Part shown: positions 1 through 13,004 of the stretch, in pieces
How positions within the stretch are numbered: the first letter of the stretch is position 1
Layout: the number at the start of each line of letters is the position of its first letter
NCBI GenBank assembly: GCA_013239625.1
Contig: MU054001.1
Coordinates: 4,194,167-4,258,166 of the forward strand
Direction: 5' to 3'
Source of the DNA: Lama guanicoe
Lineage: Eukaryota
DNA length: 64,000 nt
The notes under the pieces: generated by a model
What the model was told of the DNA's origin: nothing
Seen by the model: only the letters and a program-made list of their open reading frames with translations
Databases searched by the model: none
Program-made: the position numbers and the translations under genes

Positions 1-828
1 TATAGTTTTCTGTGTATTATTCTTTCACCTCCTTGGTTAGATTTTGAAATTTGATGTAAGAATGGGAAATTTTTGTCATTCTGAGAGAGGAGAAATCATA
101 AGTTGTGATAAGCAAATATGAGAATATTGTTTTATAAATACCTGTTTTCATACTGTCATGAGGAGAGAGATAATTGGAGATACAAAAATGAATTATGACA
201 GTTAGGAAATAGTCTCCAGTACTTACTGTTTTGCTATGAGCAAGGCTCTGTATTAGGAGCATGAGGTACAGCTAGGTGTACAAAGGGAACAGAACAGGAA
301 GAGACAAGTCCCTTCCTCTTGCGTCCTGTGGGGTGGGGAAAGGAGGACACAAGCAAAAATAATGTAAACCTTGTCCACCACGAATCAGTACGACAGAGGA
401 ACGGAGCAGCTGTGGTAGTCCGTAACAGGAGTGTCTAGTGTCTGGGGATGTTTAGATTAATCCCAAAATAGTGAGTAAGGAATTGGGGAATAGCAGGTAG
501 AAGAAACTGAAGCAGAGAAGAGCTTGATGCACTTGAAGACTGAAAGGGTGAGCCTGTCGATGTTCTCAGCATCCACTCTTGACTGTGCAGAGGAGAACAC
601 TGATAGGCTCCTGTACTTAGAAGAAAAAGAACTGGTGCTATGTTTTGAAACAAAACTCATTTTTTTACTTTTTTATGAAATTTTCATAGTAGAATTTTTT
701 AGGGTTTCAGGTCAAAGAAAATGCCACAGAATTAAGAACATTGCCCTTTCTAGTATGGCTGTGGGGAAATTTTGAAAAGAGATGCAACTAGGTTGATTTA
801 GGTGACACCTTAAGACCTACATCCCTTT

Positions 829-1066
829 GGGAGTGCAAGATTTGCAGACACTAATATATATAAAATAGATAAACAACAAGTTCATACTGTATAGCATAGG
901 GAACTATATTCAGTATCTTGTAACTTATGGTGAAAAAGAATGTGAAAATGAATATATGTATATTCACGTATGACTGAAGGATTGTGCTGTACACCAGAAA
1001 TTGACACAACATTGTAAACGGACTGTACTTCAATAAAAATACGTATGCCAAAAAAAAAAAAAAAAA
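829..1066 (+). mobile_element. 5'-truncated L1 3' end with poly(A)
   Basis: Artiodactyl-type L1 tail (ctgtatagcatagggaactatattcagtatcttgt...gacacaacattgtaaa), AATAAA and A17 tail; degenerate TSD aagacctacatccctt / aagatctacccctt; similar to the 6187-6530 tail. Confidence 0.85.
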
Positions 1067-1993
1067 GATCTACCCCTTTCTTTGTACCTGAGGTTCTGGT
1101 CTCTGCTCTTGGTGTGATTTTCTGGATTTCCCATTCCTGTAGACATTATCAGCTGTGGTCAAAATTTGACTCCTCACACTTAGAGCAGCTCCCTCAGGAG
1201 ACCAGTTTCTGGCTTACAGTAGAAGATGCCCCTGTCCACCCCGAGTTTCATCCTCCTGGTTGGAGGTGCCAGTACCAGTTAGGACACCAAATTCCAGACT
1301 GCTTACCAAGGAAAGAAGTTCTGATTTAGATGTTCGAAGGTTCTCACAAGTGCTTTTTTTGTCACACTGATGACCTGTGGCAATAGAATCTCTTGCAGTG
1401 TGGTCATGTTAGGAAAACCAGGACTCTTCTTGAGGAGACAGCAGCCTTCCTGTGGGATTTTGCTGGAGACCACGTTTTCTCCTGCTGTCATCCTTCTCAG
1501 TTCTTGTGCTTATATCACAGATTTCCAGTGTCATTATGGGGGTTCATTCCTGATTCACATCTTTAAAGGCTATCTTCCTTGCACTACAAGTCTGTCTCTT
1601 GCGAATATTAATTTATCCTCACTGTATTATGGATTCTTGTCATTAATTGGGTATTCTCCCTTACCCAGTCTTTTACTTGACCTTTTCTGCTGCTTTACTT
1701 CTACTGTCTTAACGTTAAAAGGCCCAGCTTTTAAACATGTTTTTTCAAGTGAAGTGTGCCACATGATTATAAAGAATTCCAGGAAGCAGTAGAATATAAT
1801 GGAAAGGACCAGATTTTGTTCCTGGCTGCATTCCTGCCATTCTAAGCTCAGGTTTTCTTACGTTAGAAATGGGGATAGTGAGGGCTGCCCGGCGTCCTGT
1901 GGATGGCACCAAGCAGTGTGCTCGCAGACTGTAGAGCACCATTTGGCTCGCTACCACACGAGCCCACTCCACCGTGACTGTCTCATGTTTCAG

Positions 1994-2101
1994 AACCAGG
2001 CTACTGCCCCGTGAGACTGGGGATGACGACTGGAAGACTTCAGTCTGGAGTGAATACTTTGCAGGGGTTCAAAGAAGATAAAAGGAACAAAGTAACTCCA
2101 G
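1994..2101 (+). CDS. BRD7: BRD7 exon (EPGYCPVRLG...RNKVTP)
   Basis: tttcag|AACCAGG...ACTCCAG|gtaagc; 108 nt. Confidence 0.95.
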
Positions 2102-5100
2102 GTAAGCCCCCACATGTTGGTCATGTTTTTTCTCTTTTTTTTCTTGTCTTTCAAGGAGTTGGGGAAAAGAAGCATAACTACCATTTATTACTTTATACAC
2201 TTTCTTCGTGGTATTTTTGTAACATTAATTATTTTATTAACTTAAGAAACTGAAAAAACAGTATTAATATTCAAAATGAGTTTTGTTACTTCTTTTTTCC
2301 TTTTCCCATCGTAGGGAAAAATTCACTTGAGTTGTGACTTTACAAGTACGTGTTTGGGAGAAGGTACTTACCTTAGATTTGTACGCCAGTCAACGCAGTA
2401 GCAAAGTTAGCAGGAATCTAATAAAACAACAAAATAGATTGACATACAAGATAAAGAATAGTATTATAGTTTTTTTAATTGTAGTTCTTTTCTTTTCTCA
2501 AGTGTTATATTTGAATTATGGACCCTACAGTTCTTATGCACCACATTATGACTCCACATTTGCAAATATCAGCAAGGACGATTCTGATTTAATCTATTCA
2601 ACGTATGGGGAAGACTCTGAGCTCCCGAGCGATTTCAGGTGAGTCACTGGTTCATCAGTATTAGAGTGCTGCATTGTCCTAAAATACTAACACATGTAAG
2701 TGACCTACTGATAGACTTACAGAGTAATTCAAAGGGTAGAAAATGTGTTCAAGTGATTTTTTTTTTAATTTGACAATAATTAAATAGACCCTTAGTTATC
2801 ATCATCCTTTAATGGCAACTAAATATTTTAAAGAGTTTATCTCCCTAATATTTTCTGATATTGGCATCTGCAGTATTTTATTTCTTACAAAAATATCTTT
2901 TTAACGATGCTGTGTACCTCAACATACTAAAATTCAGGAGCTTGTTGCTTCAGAATGTTGATGTGCCATCTGCTCTGCTGTAACATTTTTGTGTGTCAGT
3001 GAGTTGTTCCACACTTAATCAGTTTGGGAACCCACAGCACATTTTCCCCAAGAGGTAGGACAGGATTCATTTCATAAGGCAGCCCACATCCGTGCCTGTT
3101 AGACCCGTCACGTACCAGTGAACTATTGCAATTACACTCATCCATCTCTTACTGCGTGTTTCTGTGGGAAGATAACTTTCTTTGCTCTTATTTAGGATGC
3201 TGGGTACTTTGCACCCCAGGATGGGATATCATCTTGATTTACTGGGATTCTGGCTTGTGGCGGGGCACTGAGCCTGGGTTATTCCTCCGTGGCACCAGCA
3301 CCTTGTTAGCTTTCATTATGTGTAATGATTTAACTCCATGGATTAACCAGGCTCCTGGTTTTCTGACAAAGGGAGGGCTGTTCACTTTTATATATGTATG
3401 GTAGTAGTGGGGGCAGTGGTTTTACAAGGCAGGGGTCCCTAGGTCAGAGACTGACTGGTTTAAGATCAGGCCATTTGTATCCTTCACATATCTTCTGGCC
3501 AGTTTGAACAAATTCTTTCTGGATTATTCATCCATACATTCCACAAATAGGCATTTCATGTGCCTTATGTTCCAGGCATTCTAGATGCTGGGGATTCCAC
3601 AAGGGAACAGTACTTGCAAAGACCCGTGCCTTCCTGTCAGATGGTAACAGGTGTTTTGGAGAAAAGTAAAGACACAAAGGAGGATAGTGCTAAGACTGGG
3701 AGAAGGAGAGTAGTTTTAAATAGGGTAGTCAGGGAATGCTTTGCTAAGTGAACATTGAGCAAAAACTCAAGGAGGTAAAGAAGCAAACATTGCTGCTGTC
3801 TGAAAGAAGAGATTCCAGCCTGTGGAACAGCTGTGCAAAGGCCTTGAGGTGGGAACCTACGTGACACATTTAAAGACCAAGAAGAGCAGTATGGGGCAGA
3901 AAGAGTGTAGGGGAGATAACAGATGGCATTAGATCTTTCTAAGGACTTGGAAGTTTACCCAAAGTGAGATGGGAAAATACTCGTGGATTTTGAGCAGAGT
4001 AGTTACCCAATCTAGCTTATAATTTTAAAACGATCACTATGGCTGCTGTGTGGATGACAGATTTCATGGGGGCAAGGGGAGAAACGGGAACTGCTGTCAT
4101 AATCCAGATGAGAACTGGACCATAGAGTAGCACTGAGGTACTGAGAAGGAATCAACAGTCAGCTGGTAGGATTTCTTGACTAATCAAAGCAGGGTGTGAG
4201 AGAGTGAAGTCAAGGAGGACGCCAGGGCTTTAGACTGAATCTAGAAGGATGACATTGCTATTGACTGAGATGGGGAAGATTTTAGAGGGACTGCTTTGGG
4301 AGGAAGATCCAGCAACTCAGTTTTGGACATTTTGAGATCCCTGTTAGACCTCCAGATGGAGCTGTCCAAGGAGTGTGGTCCAAACTGGAGGTGGAACTTT
4401 GAGAGTCTTTTAGTACATGTGAGAGTCCTGAGATGAATCACCTAGCGGGGAAGTGAAGGGGAGAAGGAAAGAGCTCCACACGCTGAGCCCTGGACCCCGC
4501 CATCACAAGTCTTGTTCTTCTTTGAAGGTTTCCCCAGGAGCATTTCCTTTTCACGGTGTTCTTGATGTTGTTTAATTCTCTCATGATGATAAATTTATCA
4601 CTGGTAATATATAAGTACAGTGTTGTGCCTGGATGGAAAGTTTCACGTCATGGTGTATAAATTAAGGGCATCTAATGAAACAGTTGGCTCTGGTAGTAGA
4701 TTACACCAGTAGAGATGATTTATATATGAAAGTGACTTTCCCAACACACTCTCTTTCAGCATCCATGAGTTTTTGGCCACATGCCAAGATTATCCATATG
4801 TCATGGCAGATGGTTTACTGGATGTCTTAACAAAAGGAGGACATTCTAGAACCCTGCAAGAGTCGGAGATGGTAAGAATGCTGCTAAAGAAACAGGGTGA
4901 TTTATCATTGGCTCTCAAGTGTTAGTCGTCAGTGTTATGAAACCATGGGATTAACCAGTGTGACAGCTGAACTCCATTCCGCTGAAAAGACAGCCCAGCC
5001 TGGGTGGAGACCATGGGTGGAGGACAATGAACGGAAACGAGTAACTCGGCTACCAGGATCTGTGAGGGCCAGAGGAGTGTCATTATCTCCTCATCTTGGG

Positions 5101-8100
5101 AATGTAGGAATCAAAAATGGGGTTATAACTCAGAAGTCAACTTCTGTTATGTACCCTAACAAAAAAAAAAGGAAGTCCTGCTCACTGGCTTGAAACTGAG
5201 TTGACTAAAATGATAGGGAATGTCCTTTTCCTTATTTTGTAGTAATAACACAGTGGAGCCTCAAGTGAAAAAGTAAAAAGCTTCCTCATTGCTGTCTTTT
5301 ATTAACACTTGTAAACTAGCTCCAGTTCAGTTGGATGTAGTTCATAATCCAGGATAATTCAGAGACTTGGCTCAAAGATTAGAACCAGAAAATGTTCCTT
5401 CTGGCGTACAGGAGAGTTGATCTCAGAAATGTCCTTGTCACCATAATTAGAGGAACCCTGTATCCCCAGGAGTCATAACTCTTCCTGGAGGCTGTGACTG
5501 TAGTTGCCTTGTCCTCTGCCCTCACTACCTGTGGCTGCTGGTCCTTGCCCTCTTGGCAAAGCTGAGTCAGCGCCCGAGGTTCAGTGAGAACTGCTGCACA
5601 GTCTTAGCACATAAATGAACTGCTTTCTTTACAAGACCTAAAAAATACTCAGATTTACATGAATTCAAAAATATTTTTACTATTCTCTTCCCATCAATCT
5701 GAATTAATTAAAAGTCTTGAACTAAAATTGAATATCTTCCATCTGGTTGATATGGCAATATTTTTCAAATTTAAAGTTTCTCTGCCCTTTGGTCCAGCAG
5801 TTCCTCTTCTCAGAATTTAAGAAAATAAGAAGTAATATATAAGGGATACAATGTTTACAGTTTTTTTAAACTGGGACTTGGTTAAATAAATCACAATATA
5901 ACCTTTCAAAAAAAGAAAAGAGATTACTGATTTTTGCACATGACTAGGATTATGGGAGGCTTTCGCGTTCTCTGTAGCATTTAAATATTTTACAGTAATC
6001 CTCTGATGTCGAACAGTATTGCCATTTTTAATGCAGAATAGGCCCTAGAGTTCTCCAGTCTTCTCTGTCAGAGATTTCAACCACCAGTTATTAAAAATAG
6101 ATTCCATTTGAGTCCTTGTATTCTGTTTACCAAAACCATTTTACACATGCATGTAGCTTCTTGATCAGGCATAGAACTGTCGATCTCTTTTTTTCAATCG
6201 ACATATAGTCAGTTTACAATGTTGTGTCAGTGTCTGGTGTACAGCATAATGCTTCAGTCATACGTGAACATACATATATTTGTTTTCATATTCTTTTTCA
6301 CCATAAGTTACTACAAGAAATTGAATATTGTTCCCTAGGCTATACAGTATGAACTTGTTGTTTTTTTATTTTATATACATTAGTATCTCGAACTCCCAAT
6401 TTATCCCTTGCTACCCCCTTTCCCCACTGGTAACCATAAGTTTGTTTTCTATGTGAGTCTGTTTCTGTTTTGTAAATAAGTTCATTTGTCTTTTAGATTC
6501 CACGTATAAGTGATATCATACAGTATTTTTCTGGTTTGATAATTTTCTTTTGTATTAACTTTGTTTCTTTTTGGGTTTTGTGACTATTATATGCTTTTGA
6601 TTTATGGTTACCCTGTTTTTCAACTATATTAATCCATTACTGTATCTGTTTGCTTTACACTAGTAGTCATGTAGGCTCAAACACATCCTAAAAAGAATGA
6701 AGGAAAAAGGAAGAAAAAGAAAAAAAAATCTTTGTTTTCTTGTTCCCCTCTCCCACCTTTTATGATTTTGGTGTCCTTTTTTTTTTTATCTTCATGTTTA
6801 TTCCCTTATTGTAGTTATTGCATTTCCAATTATGGTTTTCTCTTTTCTATAGCTTCCTATGTCTTTTCTAGTTAGAGTAGACCTTTCAGTATTTCTTTTA
6901 GGGTAGGTTTAGTATTGCTGAATTCTTTTAGTTTTTCTTGTCTGTGAAATTCTTTCTCTCTCCTACTGTAAAGGATAGTCTTGCCAGATAGAGTATCCTA
7001 GATTGCAGCTTTCTCTCATTCAGGACTTTGAATTTATCTTGCCACTCCCTTCTGGCCAGCAGTGTTTATGTAGAAAAATCAGCTGAGAGCCTTATGGGGG
7101 TTCCCTTATAACTAACTCTTTGTTTTTCTCTTGCTGTCTTTAGAATCATTTCTTTATCTTTAACTTTGGCCATCTTAATTATAATATGTCTTTGTGTAGG
7201 TCTGTTTAGGTTCTTCTTGTTTGGGACCCTCTGTGCTTCCTATACTTGGACATTTGTTCCCTTCTTTAGGTTTAGAAAGTTTTCGGTCATGATTTCTTCA
7301 GATACCTTTTCAGTCCCCTTTTCTCTTTCTTCTCCTTCTGGGACCCCTATTATGCATAGGGTGGCACACTTTATATTATCCCATAGGTCCTTTATATTGC
7401 TTTCATTGGTTTTTACTTGCTTTTCTGTCTGCTCTTCTGATTGGGTGACTTTTATCCTGTCTTCTGAATCACTTATTCATTGCTCTACATTATCTGGTCT
7501 GCTTTTGACTGCCTTTAGCTCAGCTCTTATCAGCCATTGTGTTTTGTTTTAATTAGCTCCTCTTTATAGTGTCTGTTTCCTTTTTTAGTATTCTCTGTCT
7601 CCATTCATAGTCTCTCCTATTTCCTTCAGTGCTTTTATCACCCCCTTTTTGAAGTCATGATCTAGTAGATTGTTGAGGTCTGTCTCATTGTTCTTTCAGG
7701 GGACTTCTTTTGTTCTTTTAATTGGGAGTGGTTCCTCTGCTTCGTTTTACGTATATTTCTCTGGCTGTATGGATTTAGGAGTATCGGTTATCTACTGTGG
7801 TCTTGAAGGGCTGTTTTTTGTTGTTGTTTTTATTTATTTAAAGTGGGAGCATTCCTGTGTAGACTGTGTGCATCTAATAGTTTTGGTGCAAGGGCTGTTC
7901 TTAGTATGGATGGTTGCCGCATCTTTCTTCCATGTGTGCGGTCTTTGGTCCCTTTGATTGGGGGTGTGGTTGGTGCCATGGCGATAAGAGCCTGCCCTGA
8001 GTGTTGTTAAGCAGGGCCTCTCTTTTTGTTCTGTGGTCACAGCCTTGACAGGGGCCGGTCTGCTCCCCTGTTGCTGGCATAGAGGCTTCTAGACCCATTT

Positions 8101-11100
8101 CTGAGCTGTGGTGTGTGGTGGGCAGGGTTGGAGGGCTTCAGCTGGAAAGAAGAGTCGCTGAGTGTACCTCCGCAGGAGATGTGCGCTGGGAGGTGCTTTC
8201 TGTGGTGCTGTCTGTCACTTGTTATGTGGGCTTAGAAAGTGCTCTTTGTTGATACTGCATCTGTCCCTGCCTTAGCTGTGGGAATGTCAGCTACCCACTC
8301 TGGTGTCCCCCAGGTTTCTGGGCCCCAGGAACCACTAGCACAGACCCACCAGTGTCTGGTGCTGGGAGCCGCCGTAGTGAGTGTGCAGTGACACACCTGA
8401 ATCCGTGGTGCCACAGGGTCAGCACAGACCTCAGCCCCGCCTCTGCATACTGTATAGTACACCCGCCCCCACCGTTTGGAACTCGCTACCTGTTCCTCCC
8501 AGAGGCACAGGGTCCAGAGAGCACAAATCCGCCCTCTTTGCCTGGGGCTGTGAACAAATCTCAGTCCCTGCTGTAAAGTTGCAGGGCTGCTGGGTATGGA
8601 TTCAGCTTGCAGCCCTGTCTCCATGCAGCAGCAGTGGCTGTGACCGAGCCCCACCTCTCTTCTCGAGAGAACACACCAACAACAGAGCCAAGTGGAGAAA
8701 GCGGTGATGGCACAGCTGCCTCACCCTCCTCCCTGCCACGAACACCAGCAGTGGTACCTTTTTATGGAGAGTCCCAAGCAGTTCTCCACACACACCCCCA
8801 GTCAGAGCTCACACCACCCTCCAGTCCCCTGAGGCTGCCTCTGTGCTGTGGGCCCCGGCCCTCTGCCCGGGCTCCTCACCGATCTCCAGCAGCAGGTCCC
8901 ACCTTGTCCCTGCTGGCTCGTGTGTAGGGCCAGGGATCGCAAGGACCCTCCATGCGAGTTTATCTTCGTTTTGTCTGCCAAGAAGCCAGCACATTCTCCT
9001 CTGAGCCTCGGAAGCTCCACTTCTGACCCCCACTGACCTCCTGGCTGGAGAGGATGTGTCCCAGCATGAGGGTACCTTTCTTCCTTTGCCGCTTGCTCCC
9101 TGTAGGACCAGTCCCGCACTGATTTTTTCTTTTTCTTTTTTTCTCTTACTGGATTTTGTGAGAATCCTCCAGTATTTCAAAGCGAGGGACACTCTGCCAG
9201 AGTTCAGTAGGTGTTCTGTGCAGTTCATTGGGTTTGTAGACATAGTTCTTGGTGTATTCGTGGGAGAGGGCGACCTGGAGTCCCTGTATTCCACCATCTT
9301 GGCACCTCCCCTAGACTGTCAAATCTTGAAGTCGCCAGTGTAGGTACTCTGGACTCACAAAATACTCTTAAAATGCTAACAATTATATCTAATTCATTTT
9401 TAGTTTAAAATTATATTTTAATAACCTATATTCTTATTTTCTTTTATCTTATTATGAAATTCTTGATATTTTTGTTTCCTTGATATTTGCCTTATTCATC
9501 TTTCAATGAAGTGTTTTTCTTTATTATTATAGTCATCACCTGAAGATGAAGTCCAGGCTGGGACACTTGACACAGCAAAAGAAATGGAGGTGATTATATT
9601 TTATGCTTTATAAGAAATATTTAAATAGAGAATAAGCTAAAAAGCCTAAATGATAAAGCTTTTATTTTAAAGGAAAAATAGCTATTGTAGTATCTCCTAA
9701 GGTAAAAGAACTCTTTTGCCTGTGGGGAATGTCAGTAATAGCTGTGCAGTCGACGAGCATGTAAACAAGGGAGCCAACACCAGTCACCACCCAGTGCCAG
9801 TGTGCGTGCCGTGGGGACACAGGTCGGAGGGCCCGGCCGCTCTGCAGAGCTGAGGGGAGCCTCACAGGGGCTTCTGGATGAACCAGGTCTAGAAGGATGC
9901 ACAGGCGTTCTCCAGCAGCAGGGCCAGGCATCCACAGCGGGTAGAACTGAACTGCCTGTGTATTGACATAAACAGATCCAAGTGTGCAGAGCGCCCAGAA
10001 CGTGAGCGAGCACGGGGCACCTGGAGAGAAGAGGAAAGGTAGTGAGAACCAGATGATAGTGAGTCATACATACAGTGCTGAGAAGTTGAGATTTTATCTT
10101 TGAAGATAGGATGCTATGATAAAATGTGGAGAAGAAAGGGGCTGGAGGGAGGGGACCAGTGAAAAGCTATGGGATTTACTCAGCAGAAAAATAACTAGCA
10201 TAACAATATAAAGGAAGAGAATAAAGATGTATAACAAAGAAAAATACGGTAGAACTACAATTGTCAGGAGCTGGAGCATGAGGCAGATAATATCGTTAGT
10301 TCATATCAGACGTACAGGAAAAGGAGCACACCTTTGTCAGGCAGAGAAATTTCATTCAGTTGCAGGGCTGTATGTGGTTTAGGACATTATTAGCAGCGTG
10401 TAGAAGTCATTGGTGTCAGGGTAGAATTATTGTAGTTATTAGGGTAAATGAGATCATCCAGGCAGAACTTGTAGACTGGGAAAGGATCAAATAACAGAAC
10501 CTTGGAGAAGACCAACAGTTAAGGTGGGGAAACCATGAACGAATGGCATGCAGGAAAGAGTACAGCAGTGTCAGATGCTGCACAGAAGCCCAGTAAGAGA
10601 GTCTAGCAGATGTCATTTGTCATCATAATCAGAATAATTTCAGTGAAATGGTGGGGACAAAAGGTAAAGATTCCATGAGTTAAATGAGTGGAGGAAAACT
10701 GGGACATTAAAGATCAGAGAGATGTAAGCCCTTTGAGGGGAAAGAAAACCTGAAGATGTGAGATCAAGTAAAGATAGATGCAAATGTAGATTGTATTTAC
10801 ATAACCATGGCATTTTTCAAGACAGAGTTGCCAAGCAACATTGTGTGCTTAGTGAGCAGACAAGAATGAAAGAGATCTTGAGAATGGGAAAGAAAGCAGG
10901 GTAAGAAGTGTATACTGAGTAGCGTTGTAAGAGCCCAGCTGAAATGGCAGACCATAAGTATGCACTGATACGGTTTTCTCCACCACACACTTGTAGGCTG
11001 CATGGAGGCAGAGAAGTTGGGTGCTCAGATGGAGCTTAGAGTACAATACCAAAGTCTAAATGGGACCATCAGCTTTTGGCGACTCATTATCAGGATTTTC

Positions 11101-12903
11101 CTATTCCCAAAAAGCAGTGTTAGGATTATGGAAGTCTGAGTCTTCTGATTCCACAAATAAAACTCCACCTTTTTTAGGATTTTGTTTCTCCCGTGCAATA
11201 CTGTCAGCCTGGCTATGGGCCCCAGAGGAGACCCAGGAGATATCTTATGTTCGAGATCTTCCACAGGGAGTGCAAGTGTGTAGACGGGAACGTTGCCTGT
11301 GAACCTCGGCAACATGATGCACTGTCTTAGTCAGCAGAAGCTCTTCCCGGTGCAGGCAGGAACAGGGCTTTTATCTTCAGAGTAGTGATGAGACACAGGA
11401 TGCAGATTGTGTGAGACACGCCATTCCATTACAGAAGTGTGGATTCACGAACATGTCTGCCAGGATTTGGGGATGGTTTTTTAAAGGTTTTTGTAGGCAT
11501 CAGAATTATAACTCTAAATAGATGAGATAACTTGGCTTATAAACACAAGCCATCTTACTAGCATGCTCATTCTAGCACTGTCAGGGCTTAGCAAGCTCAA
11601 ATAATTTTTTTTTTAAGCAGGTTACAGAAATTGAGCCACCAGGGCGTTTAGACCCCAGTAATCAGGACAGGCTCACAGCGCTGAAAGCAGTAACAAACTT
11701 TGGAGCTCCAGTTGAAGTCTTTGACTCTGAAGGTGAGTGTCTCCTGAGGGTTTGAAGGAAGCACTTCATGACACAGGCAGTCAAGATTTAATGTCACACC
11801 AGCACAGATGAACACAGCCATTCACTATAGGAGCACGTTGGTGGCCACGTGTCAGTGAAGAGTAAAGCATGTCTGTGGTATTGATTTCATCTGAGGGGGA
11901 TTACTCCTTTGAGGAGAGAAGACTAACCAATAAATAGGAAAACCCCAGGGCACAGTACTCAGTTTACTGCATAAGATCAAATACAGATATGTCCATGTGG
12001 TCTTTAGTAAGTTATTTTTCTTACCACCCAGAAGCTGAAGTGTTCCAGAGGAAACTTGACGAGACCACCAAACTGCTCCGGGAGCTCCAGGAAGCCCAGA
12101 ATGAGCGCCTGAGCACAAGACCCCCTCCCAACATGATCTGTCTCTTGGGTCCCTCATACAGAGAAATGCATCTCGGTATGTTGTACCTCCAGCAAGAGGA
12201 GAATTGGGGTGCTTAAAGGAAGAACTCTTGAGTTGTGGTGCCACTGGGAAGTAACCCTGAAATATTCTTGGACAGGTTTTTTTTTGCATTTCTATATTTA
12301 TTGGGCTTTTGGTTTTTTTAGTTATCTAAAGGAATCACATTTCAGTACCTTGAACTGTGTTTATATTGATTTTTTTTTTCTTTCTAGCTGAACAAGTGAC
12401 CAATAACCTTAAAGAACTTGCACAGCAAGTGACTCCAGGTGATATTGTAAGCACGTACGGAGTCCGAAAAGCGATGGGGATTTCCGTCCCTGCCCCGGTC
12501 ACTGAGAACAACTTTGTAGATTTAACAGAAGGTACGTGCCCTGTGTCCCCGGGAGACTGGAGAGCTAATAAGTGTGAGTAAAAGGAAACATCAGTCCTCT
12601 CCCTCCAAGTAACATCTGAAAGGTTTTGTTCTGCATGTTAACGTATAAACTGTTTTAGTTTTCTTTCCATCTTGTCTAAAGAATAAAGATTCCATACATT
12701 TGCAAAAAAAAAAAAAACTACAGTGAGTACCTAGTCTTGACCCTTTAACATGGTAGAGAAGTGCTGTCAAGTTACTCTTCTTTTCTTTCACATCCTTTTT
12801 TTAACTAAAAGGAAAAAAGGCTGAATGAAGGTTCCCCCCCCCCCCAGGTTTTGAAGAACCTGAAAAGACTGATGTTACTGAGTGTGGACCTGATGGGATT
12901 TGA
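1994..12903 (+). CDS. BRD7: Bromodomain-containing protein 7, 3' part (last eight coding exons; gene begins upstream of the window)
   Basis: Eight GT-AG exons (108,136,112,57,112,144,144,56 nt) splice in frame to EPGYCPVRLGMTTGRLQSGVNTLQGFKEDKRNKVTPVLYLNYGPYSSYAPHYDSTFANISKDDSDLIYSTYGED...LAEQVTNNLKELAQQVTPGDIVSTYGVRKAMG...ECGPDGI*, the BRD7 C-terminal half; adjacency to ADCY7 matches known mammalian synteny. Confidence 0.97.
2503..2638 (+). CDS. BRD7: BRD7 exon (VLYLNYGPY...ELPSDF)
   Basis: ttctcaag|TGTTATAT...GATTTCAG|gtgagt; 136 nt. Confidence 0.95.
3520..4500 (-). mobile_element. Ancient L2 LINE fragment
   Basis: L2-like stretches (ttattcatccatacattcc...tgccttatgttccaggcatt; tgcaaaggccttgaggtggga; ttttggacattttgag). 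Confidence 0.65.
4760..4871 (+). CDS. BRD7: BRD7 exon (IHEFLATCQDYPYVMADGLLDVLTKGGHSRTLQESEM)
   Basis: tttcag|CATCCAT...GAGATG|gtaaga; 112 nt; not in the ORF track. Confidence 0.95.
6187..9311 (-). mobile_element. L1-derived element with 5' UTR, degenerate ORF1 and 3' tail but no ORF2 (half-L1-like)
   Basis: 5' end ggggaggtgccaagatgg at 9311; GC-rich 5' UTR ~7800-9311; ORF1 remnants ~6870-7750 (KQRNHSQLKEQ, IIGVPEGEERE, PRVSYKGTPIRLSADFS-like); L1 3' tail 6187-6530; degenerate TSD tagaactgtcgatct / tagactgtcaaatct. Confidence 0.88.
9533..9589 (+). CDS. BRD7: BRD7 exon (SSPEDEVQAGTLDTAKEME)
   Basis: ttatag|TCATCACCT...ATGGAG|gtgatt; 57 nt, phase 0-0. Confidence 0.92.
11621..11732 (+). CDS. 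BRD7: BRD7 exon (VTEIEPPGRLD...VEVFDSE); alternative start 11618 adds Gln
   Basis: ttttaagcag|GTTACAGAA...TCTGAAG|gtgagt; 112 nt. Confidence 0.94.
12032..12175 (+). CDS. BRD7: BRD7 exon (EAEVFQRKLDETT...SYREMHL)
   Basis: acccag|AAGCTGAA...CATCTCG|gtatgt; 144 nt. Confidence 0.95.
12388..12531 (+). CDS. BRD7: BRD7 exon (AEQVTNNLKEL...NFVDLTE)
   Basis: tttctag|CTGAACAA...ACAGAAG|gtacgt; 144 nt. Confidence 0.95.
12848..12903 (+). CDS. BRD7: BRD7 terminal coding exon (GFEEPEKTDVTECGPDGI*)
   Basis: cccccag|GTTTTGAA...GGGATT TGA; 56 coding nt, frame continues from the previous exon. Confidence 0.92.
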
Positions 12904-13004
12904 AGCTAACTGGTATTTGAGTATATATTATGTATATATTTTTTTCATTCTTAACTTGGACATGCTTTTCAGAAGATATTAAATATTTGTAAATTGTGTT
13001 TTTA

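Noticed and set aside
2482..2502. In-frame upstream TAG acceptor 18 nt before the BRD7 136-nt exon
   Set aside because: The protein matches BRD7 using the downstream AAG; nothing in the sequence shows the upstream site is used.
7166..7957. Hydrophobic + strand ORFs (128 aa, 95 aa) resembling membrane proteins
   Set aside because: They are the antisense reading of the A-rich L1 ORF1 remnant.
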